Below, one piece after another: positions 20,991-32,054 of a stretch of 64,000 bases of DNA. The number at the start of each line of letters is the position of its first letter. Position 1 is the first letter of the stretch. A program made the translations under genes and the position numbers. The notes under the pieces are model-generated. The model was not told the DNA's origin. It saw nothing but the letters and a program-made list of their open reading frames with translations, and searched no databases. The stretch is from an uncultured bacterium (GTDB taxonomy: Bacteria; Babelota; Babeliae; Babelales; Vermiphilaceae): the NCBI GenBank assembly GCA_963701085.1, contig OY969561.1:576001-640000 (forward strand), in the 5' to 3' direction.

Positions 20991-22375
20991 CTATTTTTTC
21001 ATTATTTTTATGACATATTCTTTTAAGATATTTTTATCAGTAACACCTTGATCGATCTGCATTTCATAAGCCGCGCGTAATAACTCCCCCATCTGAGGCC
21101 CTGGCTGCACAATATCAAGCAAATCAGCACCTTTTAGTATCGGCTCAACAGCGCCGGTAGAAACACCCGCTTGTTCAACTTTTTTTCTAAAAATTTCCAC
21201 ATCAGGAAAATCACATGTTAATGGCTCATGCCCAACACCATTTCTGCCACGTTTATCAGCAATACACAAATCAATCAGCATCAGCATGCTTACATTGTGC
21301 GCAAGCTTATTTGCTAACCGCTTATACGCAGGTAACTTTGCTTTATTACTGGTAAATTGCAGCGGCGTCATATGATAAAGCACTAATGATGATACCGCAC
21401 CAATTAAATCAGCATTATGCGTAATGCGTTTCATCATCGTACGCGTAAATTTTTTACTATCTTTTTCATGCCCAATACTTTTAATAACACCATCAACAAC
21501 GGTAGTCTTTGTTACTTTGCCCAAATCATGACAGAGTGCGGCATACAATAAAACAAGCTTATCAAACTCATTTTCATAGTTATGTGCAATCACTGCAGCT
21601 GCATCAATTGCCTGCATAGTATGCTCAAACACGTCCCCTTCTGGATGATAGTGCGGATTTTGTTTTACGCCCACCGTTGCTGCAAGCTCTGGCAATACAT
21701 CATGCAAACGTCCAATGTTGTGTAACCAACGGATGCCATGCGATGGTCGCGCAGAATACAAAAAAAGCTTTTTAAATTCTTCTTCAATACGTTCACGTGA
21801 AATATGCGCAATATCCATCTCTGCACATAATGCGTTCAATTCATCATCAGGCAACATCTCAAACCGTCCGATAAATTGCATGACACGATAAAACCGTAAT
21901 GGATCTTGAATAAAAAAACGTGCATCGGGAGTACGCAATATTTTATTATTGATATCCCTTATTCCATTGCACGGATCAATGAGTTCATCAGTCATCAAAT
22001 CCAGTGCTATTGCATTCATTGTCAAATCTCTGCGCCGTGCCGCAACCTCAACAGGCATAAATGGGTCTATAACAACGGTTGGTTTACGCCCAGGACTATC
22101 TGCACGTGGCAATGACCAATCAACATCAAGACCATGCAGACGTAGCACACCAAATGCTTTACCAACAACACTCACTGGCCCAAATTGTTTGAGCAATTGT
22201 TCCAATTGCTGTTCAGATAACCCATATACTTCAACATCGATATCCTTTCACTTGCGGATAGCCCCATCACCATATCACGCACCGCACCACCAACTAACAA
22301 TGCACGCCCTTTGTTGCTATTAATTACTGCAACAATCGCGTGCACTTTATCATATTGAATACCCATCAATTTCAT
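20991..22375 (-). CDS. cca: CCA-adding tRNA nucleotidyltransferase with HD domain (frameshift near 22250)
   Basis: LVGGAVRD, DIDVEVYG in the shifted frame, RRDLTMNA, DPLRFYR, HPEGDVFEHT, LCHDLGK. Confidence 0.88.
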
Positions 22376-22480
22376 CTCTTATTCCTTAATAACAATGCTC
22401 TTGTTCTTTGAATTAGCGCAACAATTTTTGTATGCTACAAACACATCAAAATACAAATCAATTTTATAAAAGGATAACTA

Positions 22481-23419
22481 ATGAATAAAGCTGTGTATAT
22501 GATACTTTTATTTACCATCACCTCATCACTCATCACAATTGACTGCTCTGCCAAATTACGCCTCAAAAAAATAAAATCTTTTTTTAGCGGATATAAACTT
22601 GAAAAAATTGATCAACGAGAACTTCCCGCATTATCAATTGATACGGTTGCCATTAATAACATTAACGGCCCCATCACCATCAAAACAGGATGGAAAAAAA
22701 ATTCAATATTCCTTAAAACAACAAAGCGTGCAAAAAAACCAGAAGATTTAAACAATATTAAAGTTGTTGTTGATTCAAGTAGAGCAAACCAAATGACCAT
22801 CACCACAAAACATATCAATCCTAAACTTGTTGGATTAGTTGAATATGAACTCATTGTCCCTGCATCGCTTGACATTGCCCTCAACATATTAGGAAACGGT
22901 GATGCACATATAAACGATGTTCATGGCGCCATCAACGTTGTTACAAACGATAACATTGCCATAACAAACACAAAAAAATTAGTATCAGCACGCACGCTCA
23001 AAAAAGGATCAATTACTATTGCAAATGCAGCTGGTTCCGTTGATGCTCAATCACATCAGGGGAATATAATCGGAGAAAATATCACCAATAGCTTTGCTGC
23101 ACACTCAATATCAGGAAAAGTAACGGTTGCATATAAAACAGTACCCTCCACAAGCTCAATCAAACTGCAAACCACGTCAGGTAACATCATGCTGGCTTTG
23201 CCTACTGATACCAATGCAGAAATTCAAGGTCACACCACACATGGCACCATTGTTTCTGACCACTATATCACCTTAAAGCCATATGCAACACAGCTCAACA
23301 GTTCAGCATGGAATAAATTTAGAAAAGAGGTTGATGGCACCCTTGGCACCGGTGAAGCGACAATTGCTCTACATAGCACCAAAGGCAATGTACGAATTAC
23401 AGAAATCAAAACGACGTAA
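22481..23419 (+). CDS. Exported DUF4097-type beta-strand repeat protein
   Basis: Signal peptide; repeated NGPITI / SGNIML / HGTIVS / KGNVRI motifs. Confidence 0.8.
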   Translation: MNKAVYMILLFTITSSLITIDCSAKLRLKKIKSFFSGYKLEKIDQRELPALSIDTVAINNINGPITIKTGWKKNSIFLKTTKRAKKPEDLNNIKVVVDSSRANQMTITTKHINPKLVGLVEYELIVPASLDIALNILGNGDAHINDVHGAINVVTNDNIAITNTKKLVSARTLKKGSITIANAAGSVDAQSHQGNIIGENITNSFAAHSISGKVTVAYKTVPSTSSIKLQTTSGNIMLALPTDTNAEIQGHTTHGTIVSDHYITLKPYATQLNSSAWNKFRKEVDGTLGTGEATIALHSTKGNVRITEIKTT

Positions 23420-23439
23420 CTCCACTTTTAATGAAAATG

Positions 23440-23469
23440 AAGAGAGAGAACAATCTGTCCTCTCTCTTT
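23440..23469. terminator. Hairpin between convergent genes
   Basis: AAGAGAGAG-AACAATCTGTC-CTCTCTCTT. Confidence 0.55.
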
Positions 23470-23496
23470 ATCTATTTCTCATGAAATATTTAATAC

Positions 23497-24456
23497 TTAT
23501 GCTAAGCGCTCTACTGCTATAGCAGCATTCGCATTCAATTGCGTTCCTCCTGCAAGAGTTTGCAATGTAACTGCAGAAGCTGAACTATGATTACGGAGAG
23601 TTATAACATCACCTGCACCTAAAGTTAATGTACCAAAGCCCGTATTTTGTTGAGTACCTGCACCTGAACCGTATATGGTACCAGGAGCACTTGGAGCACC
23701 ATTGATAAAGATTGAAAATTGATTCGGCTCTACACCAGACACAGAATAAGTAATTCTATAAATACCTGCATTTACGACAATAAGCTGTGAAGTTCCTGGC
23801 GTATGCGTAAATCCAGCGAGAATCCCATTGGTATCAAAAAGAACGTCTGCTTCTATAGCAACTGTTGCTTCACCAGTGAGGTTATAAATATATGCAAAAT
23901 CTGATATACCACCCGCTGCTCCTGTTGCGCCTGTAGCTCCTGCTGCTCCCGTTGCTCCCGCAGCACCAGTCGAGCCACTTGCTCCCGCGGCACCAGTCGA
24001 ACCAGTTGCTCCTGTTGCTCCAGGACAACAAGGACCTGTTGCACCAGTTGATCCTATACTACCTGTAGCACCCGCTGAACCAGTTGCCCCAGTAGCTCCT
24101 GTTGGCGCTCCACTTGGACCAGTTGCACCAGTTGCTCCCGTTGATCCGGTTGATCCAGTTGATCCGGTATCACCTTTTCTTCCTCTTTTACCTCTATCTC
24201 CCTTTTTACCTTTCTCACATTTGTGATTGCAACCAACTGGTTTAAAACAAGAATCCACCGTGTCTTTACAGCTATTTTGACAATTTTTTGTTGCATCATT
24301 ATTAACAATAGCTTGCGCCAAATCCATTTTAAAACGATCTATGCGTGCTATCTCTTTTCCACAATTTTCAGAATCTCGTGAATAAGAATAATTGTGTGTT
24401 ACCAACAAACATAACCCTAACAATGCTGCTGATAATTTTCCAATTTTTGACTGCAT
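23497..24456 (-). CDS. Exported collagen-like protein with BclA/C1q-like C-terminal domain
   Basis: Signal peptide, G-X-T triplets, [10 protein letters not shown] and [11 protein letters not shown]. Confidence 0.85.
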   Translation of the reverse strand: MQSKIGKLSAALLGLCLLVTHNYSYSRDSENCGKEIARIDRFKMDLAQAIVNNDATKNCQNSCKDTVDSCFKPVGCNHKCEKGKKGDRGKRGRKGDTGSTGSTGSTGATGATGPSGAPTGATGATGSAGATGSIGSTGATGPCCPGATGATGSTGAAGASGSTGAAGATGAAGATGATGAAGGISDFAYIYNLTGEATVAIEADVLFDTNGILAGFTHTPGTSQLIVVNAGIYRITYSVSGVEPNQFSIFINGAPSAPGTIYGSGAGTQQNTGFGTLTLGAGDVITLRNHSSASAVTLQTLAGGTQLNANAAIAVERLA

Positions 24457-24630
24457 CTGACTCTCCTTTTGGTTAAAAAAAAACTATTACTATAATCTAC
24501 ATATAAACATATTTTTTTTACAAGAATCAAAACAACGTAATTTTACGCAAAAAAAATACTCTTTCTTTATAACGGGCATTGAGCCACTATACAGAAAGAG
24601 TATTAGTATCTAAAACTATAGAAATATTAG

Positions 24631-25071
24631 TTATTTTTGATATGTCATCACAATAAGCTCAGCAAGCTCAGTTTTGGTTAATGGACCACCATCATAGCGG
24701 CCAATTTCTTTACCATCACGTAAAAATATGAGCGTTGGAATACTTGTTATATTGTATTTTTTAGTTAAAAGTTCAAATAGTTCCCACTCAACTTTAACAA
24801 AGGTACATTGTGGCATTTCTGCCGCCAAATCATCAATAAGCAACCCCATCACGCGACAAGGACCGCAATAATAGGCATAAAACTTAAGAACAACATTACC
24901 CTTACCAATGATTGGATTCAAAAATGGCTCCCAAGCCTTTGTTGTTTTTTGTGTAATCTGCTCATGCAAATAGATAGGTTTGTTAACTGTAGTGGTATTA
25001 TGAGCGAACATGAGCAAAGTAAGAATAGACCCCATACCAAGCACTAATAACAGTATATTTTTTGCATTCAT
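24631..25071 (-). CDS. Membrane-anchored thioredoxin
   Basis: N-terminal TM, FYAYYCGPC, IPT cis-Pro motif. Confidence 0.88.
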   Translation of the reverse strand: MNAKNILLLVLGMGSILTLLMFAHNTTTVNKPIYLHEQITQKTTKAWEPFLNPIIGKGNVVLKFYAYYCGPCRVMGLLIDDLAAEMPQCTFVKVEWELFELLTKKYNITSIPTLIFLRDGKEIGRYDGGPLTKTELAELIVMTYQK

Positions 25072-25213
25072 AATTATCCTTAATTTGTATAATTTATATC
25101 TTAATTACAATTGTATATATATTTTTAATTTTGGCAATAGCCAAGTTGAATATTTTGTGGTACTATAAAGATAGAAAACAAGCGTATTATACTTTATAAT
25201 CAAAGGACCAATT

Positions 25214-25720
25214 ATGAACAAAACAGCATTATTAGCATCTATTCTCAGCTTAACAACATGTTTTTCATCATTTTCTGTACCTAAAAAGGGAACTAACGCC
25301 CCTGATGTAGAATTTACTGATCAGAAGGGTGAAACCACCAAAATTTCGGACTTTTTAGGACAAAGGCTAGCATTAGTATTCTTGCCAAGCACTTCAGGCT
25401 GGAGTGTTAACTGTAAAGCGCAAGCATGCAGCCTTAAAGTAGGCCTTGATGAACTGGTAGATTATGACATCAATCTTATTTGTACAAGCGCTGATTCTAC
25501 CGAGAAATTAGTTGAATTTATCAAAAAAAATGACCTTACCTTCCCCTTGTTTCATGCTAACAAAAAAGCCATAAAAGCATATGACGTAGACGGTTGGCTT
25601 GGTCTCCAACGTTACACATTCTTAATTGACGAAAATGGCATTATTGTAAAAGTCATTACAAAAGTCGATTTAGATAATCATGCACAACAAATTATTGATG
25701 GTTTTAATGCCGCTCAATAA
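25214..25720 (+). CDS. Exported peroxiredoxin (BCP/PrxQ-like, divergent)
   Basis: Signal peptide, CKAQAC, RYTFLIDENG. Confidence 0.8.
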   Translation: MNKTALLASILSLTTCFSSFSVPKKGTNAPDVEFTDQKGETTKISDFLGQRLALVFLPSTSGWSVNCKAQACSLKVGLDELVDYDINLICTSADSTEKLVEFIKKNDLTFPLFHANKKAIKAYDVDGWLGLQRYTFLIDENGIIVKVITKVDLDNHAQQIIDGFNAAQ

Positions 25721-25742
25721 ATAAACTTATACAACACAATAT

Positions 25743-25778
25743 AAAAGGCCTTGGTGTGAAAACATCAAGCCTTTTTTT
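25743..25778 (+). terminator. Intrinsic terminator
   Basis: AAAAGGCCTTGGTG...CATCAAGCCTTTTTTT. Confidence 0.6.
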
Positions 25779-25882
25779 GTTGATCATACTAAAAAAATTT
25801 ATACATTATTAATGTCATAGTACGATTTTTGTAATAAACTGAAATTGTGTCATTAATTCAAACAACAAAAAAAGAGATCTTT

Positions 25883-26191
25883 ATGAATCAGTCATCAGAA
25901 TCAGTAGACAAAAAAACAAAAGAAAAAATAATCGCTATCATTTCTGCATTACTACCACAAGCAAAAATATATTTGTTTGGTTCTCGCGCACGCAAAACAA
26001 ACTCACAATCTTCTGATATTGATATAGCTATTGATGCGGGCAAAGAATTACGCAGAGCAGACGTTGACGAACTTGTGAGTGTTTTTTCTGCAACAAACAT
26101 AATGGAACGTATTGATGTTGTTGACATGCATCAAGTGCCTCAGGAAATGCGTAATTCAATCACAGAGGAAGGAATTTTATGGAAATCATAG
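25883..26191 (+). CDS. Minimal nucleotidyltransferase (MNT) antitoxin
   Basis: YLFGSRAR, SDIDIAID, IDVVD. Confidence 0.9.
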   Translation: MNQSSESVDKKTKEKIIAIISALLPQAKIYLFGSRARKTNSQSSDIDIAIDAGKELRRADVDELVSVFSATNIMERIDVVDMHQVPQEMRNSITEEGILWKS

Positions 26192-26595
26192 AAAAAAAAT
26201 ACACGTCACTCAAAAAAGCTCTTGAAACACTTCGAAAGTCATTAATTATCCTTAAAGATCCTAAAAACCAAGACCTCTATGATAGCCTACGTGACTCTAC
26301 AATACAACGCTTTGAATACTCTATCGATAGCTTTTGGAAGTTTTTAAAATTTTATATTCAAGAAAAGGAAAATGTCGATTTTGAATCATCATCGCCTCGC
26401 ATCATTTTACGCCGAGCCGAAGAAATAGGTCTCATCAACAAAGAATTACATGAAATACTTATTGACTGTTTAGCTGATAGAAATTTAACATCGCATGTTT
26501 ATAATGAAGAAACTGCTGATTCAATAGTAAAAAACATTCCGAATTATTACGAAACAATGAAATCCATAATAGATACAATAAACCTAAACAAATAG
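26179..26595 (+). CDS. HEPN protein (HI0074-like), toxin partner of MNT
   Basis: DSTIQRFEY, SPR, RNLTSHVY (Rx4H); overlaps the MNT gene. Confidence 0.9.
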   Translation: MEIIEKKYTSLKKALETLRKSLIILKDPKNQDLYDSLRDSTIQRFEYSIDSFWKFLKFYIQEKENVDFESSSPRIILRRAEEIGLINKELHEILIDCLADRNLTSHVYNEETADSIVKNIPNYYETMKSIIDTINLNK

Positions 26596-26604
26596 GAAAA
26601 TACC

Positions 26605-27130
26605 ATGAAAGCGTTATTATTACTCCTCGCCCTCCTTGGTTTTACTGCCCTACAATGCGGATGCGCCAAAGAACTACATATTGGTCGACAAAGCTCCGGA
26701 ATTTGGACTACTCAACCAAAATGGTGAAATGGTACACCTTGCCGATTTTAAAGGAAAAAAAGTAGCCCTCTATTTTTATCCAAAAGATAGCACCCCTGGC
26801 TGCACCCAACAAGCATGTAGCTTACGTGATAGTTTTGATGCGTTGCGTGAAGCTGGCATTACCATCCTTGGCATGAGCGGAGGATCAGTCAAAAGCAAAC
26901 AAAATTTCATCAAAGAACAACATCTTAACTTTCCTTTATTAATTGCTACAAACGAAACATTCAAAGATTATGGCGTAAATAAGTGGATGGCTATGGTATG
27001 GCTATTCCGCCTTCCTAAACGATGGACATTTTTGATTGATGAAAATGGCATTATTGTAGGAATTATTAAAGACGTTGATGCAAAAAATCATGCGATGCAG
27101 ATACTTAATGCGTTTGATGCGATTAAATAG
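26605..27130 (+). CDS. bcp: Exported BCP peroxiredoxin (frameshift near 26685)
   Basis: Signal MKALLLLLALLGF from ATG 26605 joins IGDKAPEF after removing 1 nt; YFYPKDSTPGCTQQAC. Confidence 0.88.
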
Positions 27131-28062
27131 AATTTTATTAGTACTAACATTCTTCACCATAAGCCTTGGTCAATCAAACCCAAGGCTTATAACATGTACT
27201 ACGATAGACACTGACCATTACACAAAAGAAATAACAGTCACCTTTACCGTTCCAAAAAAAGATTTTATTTATAAAGATTTTATAACTTTCTCAGTGGACG
27301 ACCCAACAATTATATTATCCTCATGGAAGGCCAACAAACAATCTGTTGCCCATTATGATTCATCATTCAAAGAAGCAAAGCAGGTTTTTAATGAAGATTT
27401 TAGCATTACCATGATGGGACGGCAGCAACTCCCAAGCAACCAATCAACCCGCATATCTTTATTGCAGTTATTATCGCCGGTCAGAAAAGAAAATAAATCA
27501 TGCACTTTTTTTATTAGATTTTACAGCACAAAAAAAAACTACCCATAAAACAGATGATACTACCATTGAATATCCTGAAATCAATGAACCAACAATCAGC
27601 AGACCTCGAAAAATTTCACATTTTGAACGCTCTATTTTTTCAGCCCTCTACCTTGCACATCGCATTGGTGCATCACTGCACACTGATCACAGAAAATATT
27701 TTGCGCTGCTTATTTTTCTCATACTTGTGCTCGTCTCATTTTTTTATTTTTTCAGGCAAGAGTTACAAAAACAGATCAAAATAAAAGAGTTACTAGAAAT
27801 CATCATTTCACTCTTAATGGTAATAAGCATGGTATACCTATTAGTATATTTGCATGCGATAAGCACACCACTCACAACCATGATCATGGCCTGCATTTGT
27901 TCATTGTGCACAGGATTTTTTTATATAAAAAAAAGTACACAACTTCAATCAAGAAGACTGCGTACCTTTTGTACTTTTATTGGCATACTCTGTATATGTG
28001 GAGTACTATTTTTATCATTTAAAGCGCTACAATATGCAGATGAACAGTTCAAATTATTGTAA
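27108..28062 (+). CDS. DsbD N-terminal-like domain fused to C-terminal TM helices, frameshifted
   Basis: FTVPKKDFIYKDFITF resembles the DsbD-N YLY motif; frames join to ORF 27727-28062, which has hydrophobic helices. Confidence 0.5.
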
Positions 28063-28063
28063 C

Positions 28064-28420
28064 TTACCGATATTTTTTAACTTCATCATGACGGCCGCGC
28101 ATTTTTTCTTCATCATGATTTTTTCGTTTTCTCTCATGTAACTGACGATACATTACGTCAATAACACGATCAAGCGTATCATAAAAACTCATGCCTTCAT
28201 GCTCATATGATGAATTCAAATTATATTCAGCGCTTTTCACGTGCAGCTCAACACGATGATGTTGATGAACTTTACTTGGCTCAAAATATAAATCAATATG
28301 CACAGGACCACGATCGTTTTCGAGAAATTCAACTATTTTTTCAAGCTGCCCATTCGCATATTCTTCCATCACGTCAGAATGATCCATATTGCGAAAAACA
28401 ATACGTTTGTTCATTACCAA
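28064..28420 (-). CDS. hpf: Ribosome hibernation factor (HPF/RaiA)
   Basis: IVFRNMDHSD, YDTLDRVIDVMYRQL. Confidence 0.85.
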   Translation of the reverse strand: MVMNKRIVFRNMDHSDVMEEYANGQLEKIVEFLENDRGPVHIDLYFEPSKVHQHHRVELHVKSAEYNLNSSYEHEGMSFYDTLDRVIDVMYRQLHERKRKNHDEEKMRGRHDEVKKYR

Positions 28421-28457
28421 ACTCCTTATTTTAAAAAAATATACAACAAAAATATTA

Positions 28458-29777
28458 TTATCGTGATCTTACAATAAATTTAATTGGCACACCACGTAAA
28501 TCATATTCTTGTCGTAAAGTCTTTTCATAATAGGCAAGTTGCGATTGACCAAACCACATTGGCACATTCACGTGCAATACAATAGTGATCGGTGCAGTGC
28601 CAACCTGATGAGCAGAATGGAACATGAGTAAATTTTTATTATGATAGAGAGGTCGCCTCACGGAAGCTTCTTTGAATAACTGCGTTAATTCATTTTGATT
28701 AAATTTACGCGAATAACGGTCCCATAACTCTTTCACCGCAGGCAAAATTCTTCCAACATTTTTTTCTGTTTTGCAGGAAATATTAAGCGTTACTATTTTT
28801 TTAAGAAGGAAGTCATACTCTGAAAGTGCTTGATCAAAACGAACTTTAGTCGCTTCATCAATAAGGTCAGATTTATTAAATAAAATCATCAACGCTTTGT
28901 ACTGGTTATCAAATGCATAGAATGCAAGCTTTAGCTCTTGATCAACCACACACTCGGCACTTGCATCAATTAACAACAACACAATATCTGAATCTTTTAA
29001 TGCTTGCATTGTACTCTGTACCATCATACCTTCAAGCGGCTCGGTGACGGAACGCATCCTGCGCACACCAGGTGTATCAGAAAGCTGTATATCTTCTTGA
29101 TAAAATTTAACACGCTCAGAAAGCGCTTCTCGCGTTGTTCCTGGTTCAGGAGATACAATTGATCGCTCATGTTGTAACAACAGATTCATGAGTGAAGACT
29201 TACCAACATTAGGCTTACCTAATAACATAACTTTATATGCAGGCTCTTCAACTTCGATAAGCATCGGCTCTGGCAAATGTTCAACAATCAATTCCAACAA
29301 ATCGACAATATTTTTACCGTGTGCGGCAGAAATAAAACAAGTTTTAGGGAAACCAAGTCCCTCAAAACCGTACATATTTTCTGCTGAATCTTTACTATCC
29401 ACTTTATTAACAACTAAAAAAACTGTCTTGCCATGCTTATGAAGCAACTGTGCAATTTCACGATCTTCGGTAATTAATCCACATTTACCATCAACAACAA
29501 ATAAGAGAATATCTGCTGATTCTATCATCGATACTGCAATTGCTCGTGCTTGACTTAATATAGGATCTTGAGTTTTTCTCAAACTAATGCCACCGGTGTC
29601 AACAAGCTCAAAACTTCTACCTTGCCACGCAATAGTATCACGTAAAAAATCACGTGTTACGCCTTCAAGATCAAGCGTTATCGCCTTTACATTTTCGGAC
29701 AAACGATTAAATAAGGTAGATTTGCCAACATTGGTACGACCAACAATAACAACCTGAGGAAGTTTTGTTTTTTTCAT
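28458..29777 (-). CDS. der: Ribosome biogenesis GTPase Der
   Basis: Two G domains (GRTNVGKS, GKPNVGKS) plus KH-like tail GVPI. Confidence 0.96.
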   Translation of the reverse strand: MKKTKLPQVVIVGRTNVGKSTLFNRLSENVKAITLDLEGVTRDFLRDTIAWQGRSFELVDTGGISLRKTQDPILSQARAIAVSMIESADILLFVVDGKCGLITEDREIAQLLHKHGKTVFLVVNKVDSKDSAENMYGFEGLGFPKTCFISAAHGKNIVDLLELIVEHLPEPMLIEVEEPAYKVMLLGKPNVGKSSLMNLLLQHERSIVSPEPGTTREALSERVKFYQEDIQLSDTPGVRRMRSVTEPLEGMMVQSTMQALKDSDIVLLLIDASAECVVDQELKLAFYAFDNQYKALMILFNKSDLIDEATKVRFDQALSEYDFLLKKIVTLNISCKTEKNVGRILPAVKELWDRYSRKFNQNELTQLFKEASVRRPLYHNKNLLMFHSAHQVGTAPITIVLHVNVPMWFGQSQLAYYEKTLRQEYDLRGVPIKFIVRSR

Positions 29778-31597
29778 TGATTTTCACGTATTTCGGTAAT
29801 AACACCCGGAAAATGGCGCAATAACATTGAAGCCGTTTTCCACGTCGTCTCATCAGAAACATCTACACGCTGTTCGTTTTTATTCATCGGTACAACACTT
29901 GTTTTTTGAGCGCTATAACGACTACCGCCACGAAACTGTTCTTGAGACTTTGATGCAAACTGTTTTTCTTTATATTGCTGTATCACGGGTGATGGTTTTG
30001 CTGCAATAACAACTTCATCACTCTTTTGCTTTTTACTACCTACGTCCTTGTCCTCCGACGTGTCCTCCGTAGCTTTAGCGTAGGAGGAAGCCTTGGCGAA
30101 GGAGGAACTTTTTTGTGTTCCAGTAAATTGTATATCCAGCACCACTTGAGATGAAAAAAACCCTCTCAATAGCGGTTGCCATAAAACTTGACTGCCCTCT
30201 AACCATTCTTTAAAAAGAATAAAATCTTTTGATAATTCAACTGATACGCGGTGAGCCTCAGGCAGATACTCAACAAATCGCGCTTGCTTAAATACCGAAC
30301 AAACTAATGGATCATTGAGCGACGCAACTTTTTCAACGAATCGTAACCATTGTTGATCATAACCAACAACTTCATCCTCAGTATCACTATCATCAGCATC
30401 TTCATCATCAGAATCAGCATCCACGCCCTCACCATCATGAGCAACAATACTCAATGTACATGGAGCAGATCCGTCACCATTATCAGTTTTCTTTTTATCT
30501 TTAGAGCACAGGCTCAACAAAATCATTTCTAAAAATATATGCTGCATTGTTGTTTTAAGAAACAGCTCTTCATGGGTATACAATGCTTCAATAATCCGAT
30601 GAAGATCAGCTAACGTACACCATCGCGCACTACTCTCTAACAATTTTACCGATGCAACAAGTTCATGAGGTTGAACATCATATTTAATCCACAACAAGGC
30701 ACGCATCAATGTTACCATCCGTTGCCATATAAATTCTGCTTTATGCTTATCAATATTCAATACATGCAATAACTGCACAAGCCCTTTGGCATCCCCATGC
30801 ATTGTTAATTTGATTAAATTCATAATCTGTTGATCATCAATATGACCAAGTAAAGAAAGCACCGCTTCTTTATTAACAACAGAACTAGAAAACCTAATTT
30901 GCTCAAGAAGATTCAATGCATCACGCGCGGACCCTTCAGTATGTCGCACAATAAGATCAAGCGCATCATCAGAATATGCAATTTTTTCTTGTTTACAGAT
31001 AAAAATTAAATGATTTTTAAGCGAATCGTGTGGTATCGGGGTAAAAAATAACTGAAAGCAGCGAGACCGTACCGTATCAATAATTTTATGAGGATTGGTC
31101 GTCGCCAAAATAAACAACGCCGTTGCTGGCGGTTCTTCTAAAATTTTTAATGCAGCATTAAACGCTGCTTTGCTCAGCATATGCGCTTCATCAATAAGAT
31201 ACACACGCTTTCGCCCCATCGAAGGGAGCAAAGATGATGACTCAATCACCGCACGAATATTATCAACACCTGTGTGAGATGCTGCGTCAATTTCTATAAA
31301 ATCAGGATGATTTCCATCACGCATCGCAACACATGAATCGCATACCAAACAAGGAGTAGATGATTTTTTTGGATCTTTCTGAAACAACGGTAACGCATGA
31401 CAATTAACAGCCGCTGCAAAAATACGAGCCGTCGACGTCTTACCACAACCACGCTGACCAGCAAATAAATAGACAGGAAAATAATGACCCAAATAAAGAC
31501 TATTTTTAAGAATACGAACGGCAAGATCTTGCCCAACTATCTGGCCAAAATCTTGAGACCGCCATTTTCTACTTAAATTCAACACAACAGAGCTCAT
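29774..31597 (-). CDS. dnaX: DNA polymerase III subunit gamma/tau
   Basis: GQRGCGKT, EIDAAS, IDEAHMLS, LKILEEPP, SRC. Confidence 0.96.
   Translation of the reverse strand: MSSVVLNLSRKWRSQDFGQIVGQDLAVRILKNSLYLGHYFPVYLFAGQRGCGKTSTARIFAAAVNCHALPLFQKDPKKSSTPCLVCDSCVAMRDGNHPDFIEIDAASHTGVDNIRAVIESSSLLPSMGRKRVYLIDEAHMLSKAAFNAALKILEEPPATALFILATTNPHKIIDTVRSRCFQLFFTPIPHDSLKNHLIFICKQEKIAYSDDALDLIVRHTEGSARDALNLLEQIRFSSSVVNKEAVLSLLGHIDDQQIMNLIKLTMHGDAKGLVQLLHVLNIDKHKAEFIWQRMVTLMRALLWIKYDVQPHELVASVKLLESSARWCTLADLHRIIEALYTHEELFLKTTMQHIFLEMILLSLCSKDKKKTDNGDGSAPCTLSIVAHDGEGVDADSDDEDADDSDTEDEVVGYDQQWLRFVEKVASLNDPLVCSVFKQARFVEYLPEAHRVSVELSKDFILFKEWLEGSQVLWQPLLRGFFSSQVVLDIQFTGTQKSSSFAKASSYAKATEDTSEDKDVGSKKQKSDEVVIAAKPSPVIQQYKEKQFASKSQEQFRGGSRYSAQKTSVVPMNKNEQRVDVSDETTWKTASMLLRHFPGVITEIRENQ
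30047..30106 (-). repeat. Two nested 30-nt family-B elements in frame in dnaX
   Basis: TCCTCCTTCGCCAAGGCT[TCCTCCTACGCTAAAGCTACGGAGGACACG]TCGGAGGACAAG = SSFAKA[SSYAKATEDT]SEDK. Confidence 0.95.
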
Positions 31598-31651
31598 TGA
31601 ACAGGTATCCTGTAGCAAAAACACAAATCTTCTTTATCTTGCAATCCCACC

Positions 31652-31725
31652 GCGCTCGTCCTGAGCCTGTCGAAGGATATCTTTGAGCGCTCGAAGAAAC
31701 CCTTCAACAAGTTCAGGGCGAGCGC
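31652..31725. repeat. Palindromic element family A
   Basis: GCGCTCGTCCTGAGCCTGTCGAAGGATATC...CCCTTCAACAAGTTCAGGGCGAGCGC. Confidence 0.92.
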
Positions 31726-31766
31726 AGAAAAAAACCATGCAGCTAATTTCAAAATTTTTATACGAA

Positions 31767-31860
31767 AATGGGAAAGTAACTACAAGAAACTAATACACCC
31801 TGCTGCTTCTTTTCAGACCTGACAGATTATGCATTCTATCTCTTTATCTACTTTCCCATT
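31767..31860 (-). ncRNA. ffs: Small signal recognition particle RNA (4.5S)
   Basis: Long hairpin AATGGGAAAGTA...TACTTTCCCATT with the SRP core TGTCAGGTCT-GAAA-AGAAGCAGCA; located between tRNA-Ser and dnaX. Confidence 0.9.
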
Positions 31861-31902
31861 ATTTTTACCCTAACGGGTTTATTTCTTAATTCAATGGACT
31901 GG

Positions 31903-31963
31903 CCCTACTTCGCCCCTCCTTCGCTAAAGCTTCAGAGGGCTTTCAGCAAGGCTACGAAGGGCA
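31903..31963 (+). repeat. Nested family-B elements
   Basis: CCCTACTTCGC[CCCTCCTTCGCTAAAGCTTCAGAGGGCTTTCAG]CAAGGCTACGAAGGGCA. Confidence 0.88.
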
Positions 31964-32023
31964 TACTTCGCTCTTGCTATCCAACTCTTTTTTTTATTTT
32001 AAGTCGTCAAACCTTTGAGAAGT

Positions 32024-32054
32024 TGGCCTGCCATACGAAGCTTTACGCGAAGTA
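32024..32054 (-). repeat. Family-B element at the tRNA-Ser CCA end
   Basis: CCA-TACTTCGCGTAAAGCTTCGTATGGCAGG-CCA. Confidence 0.87.
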
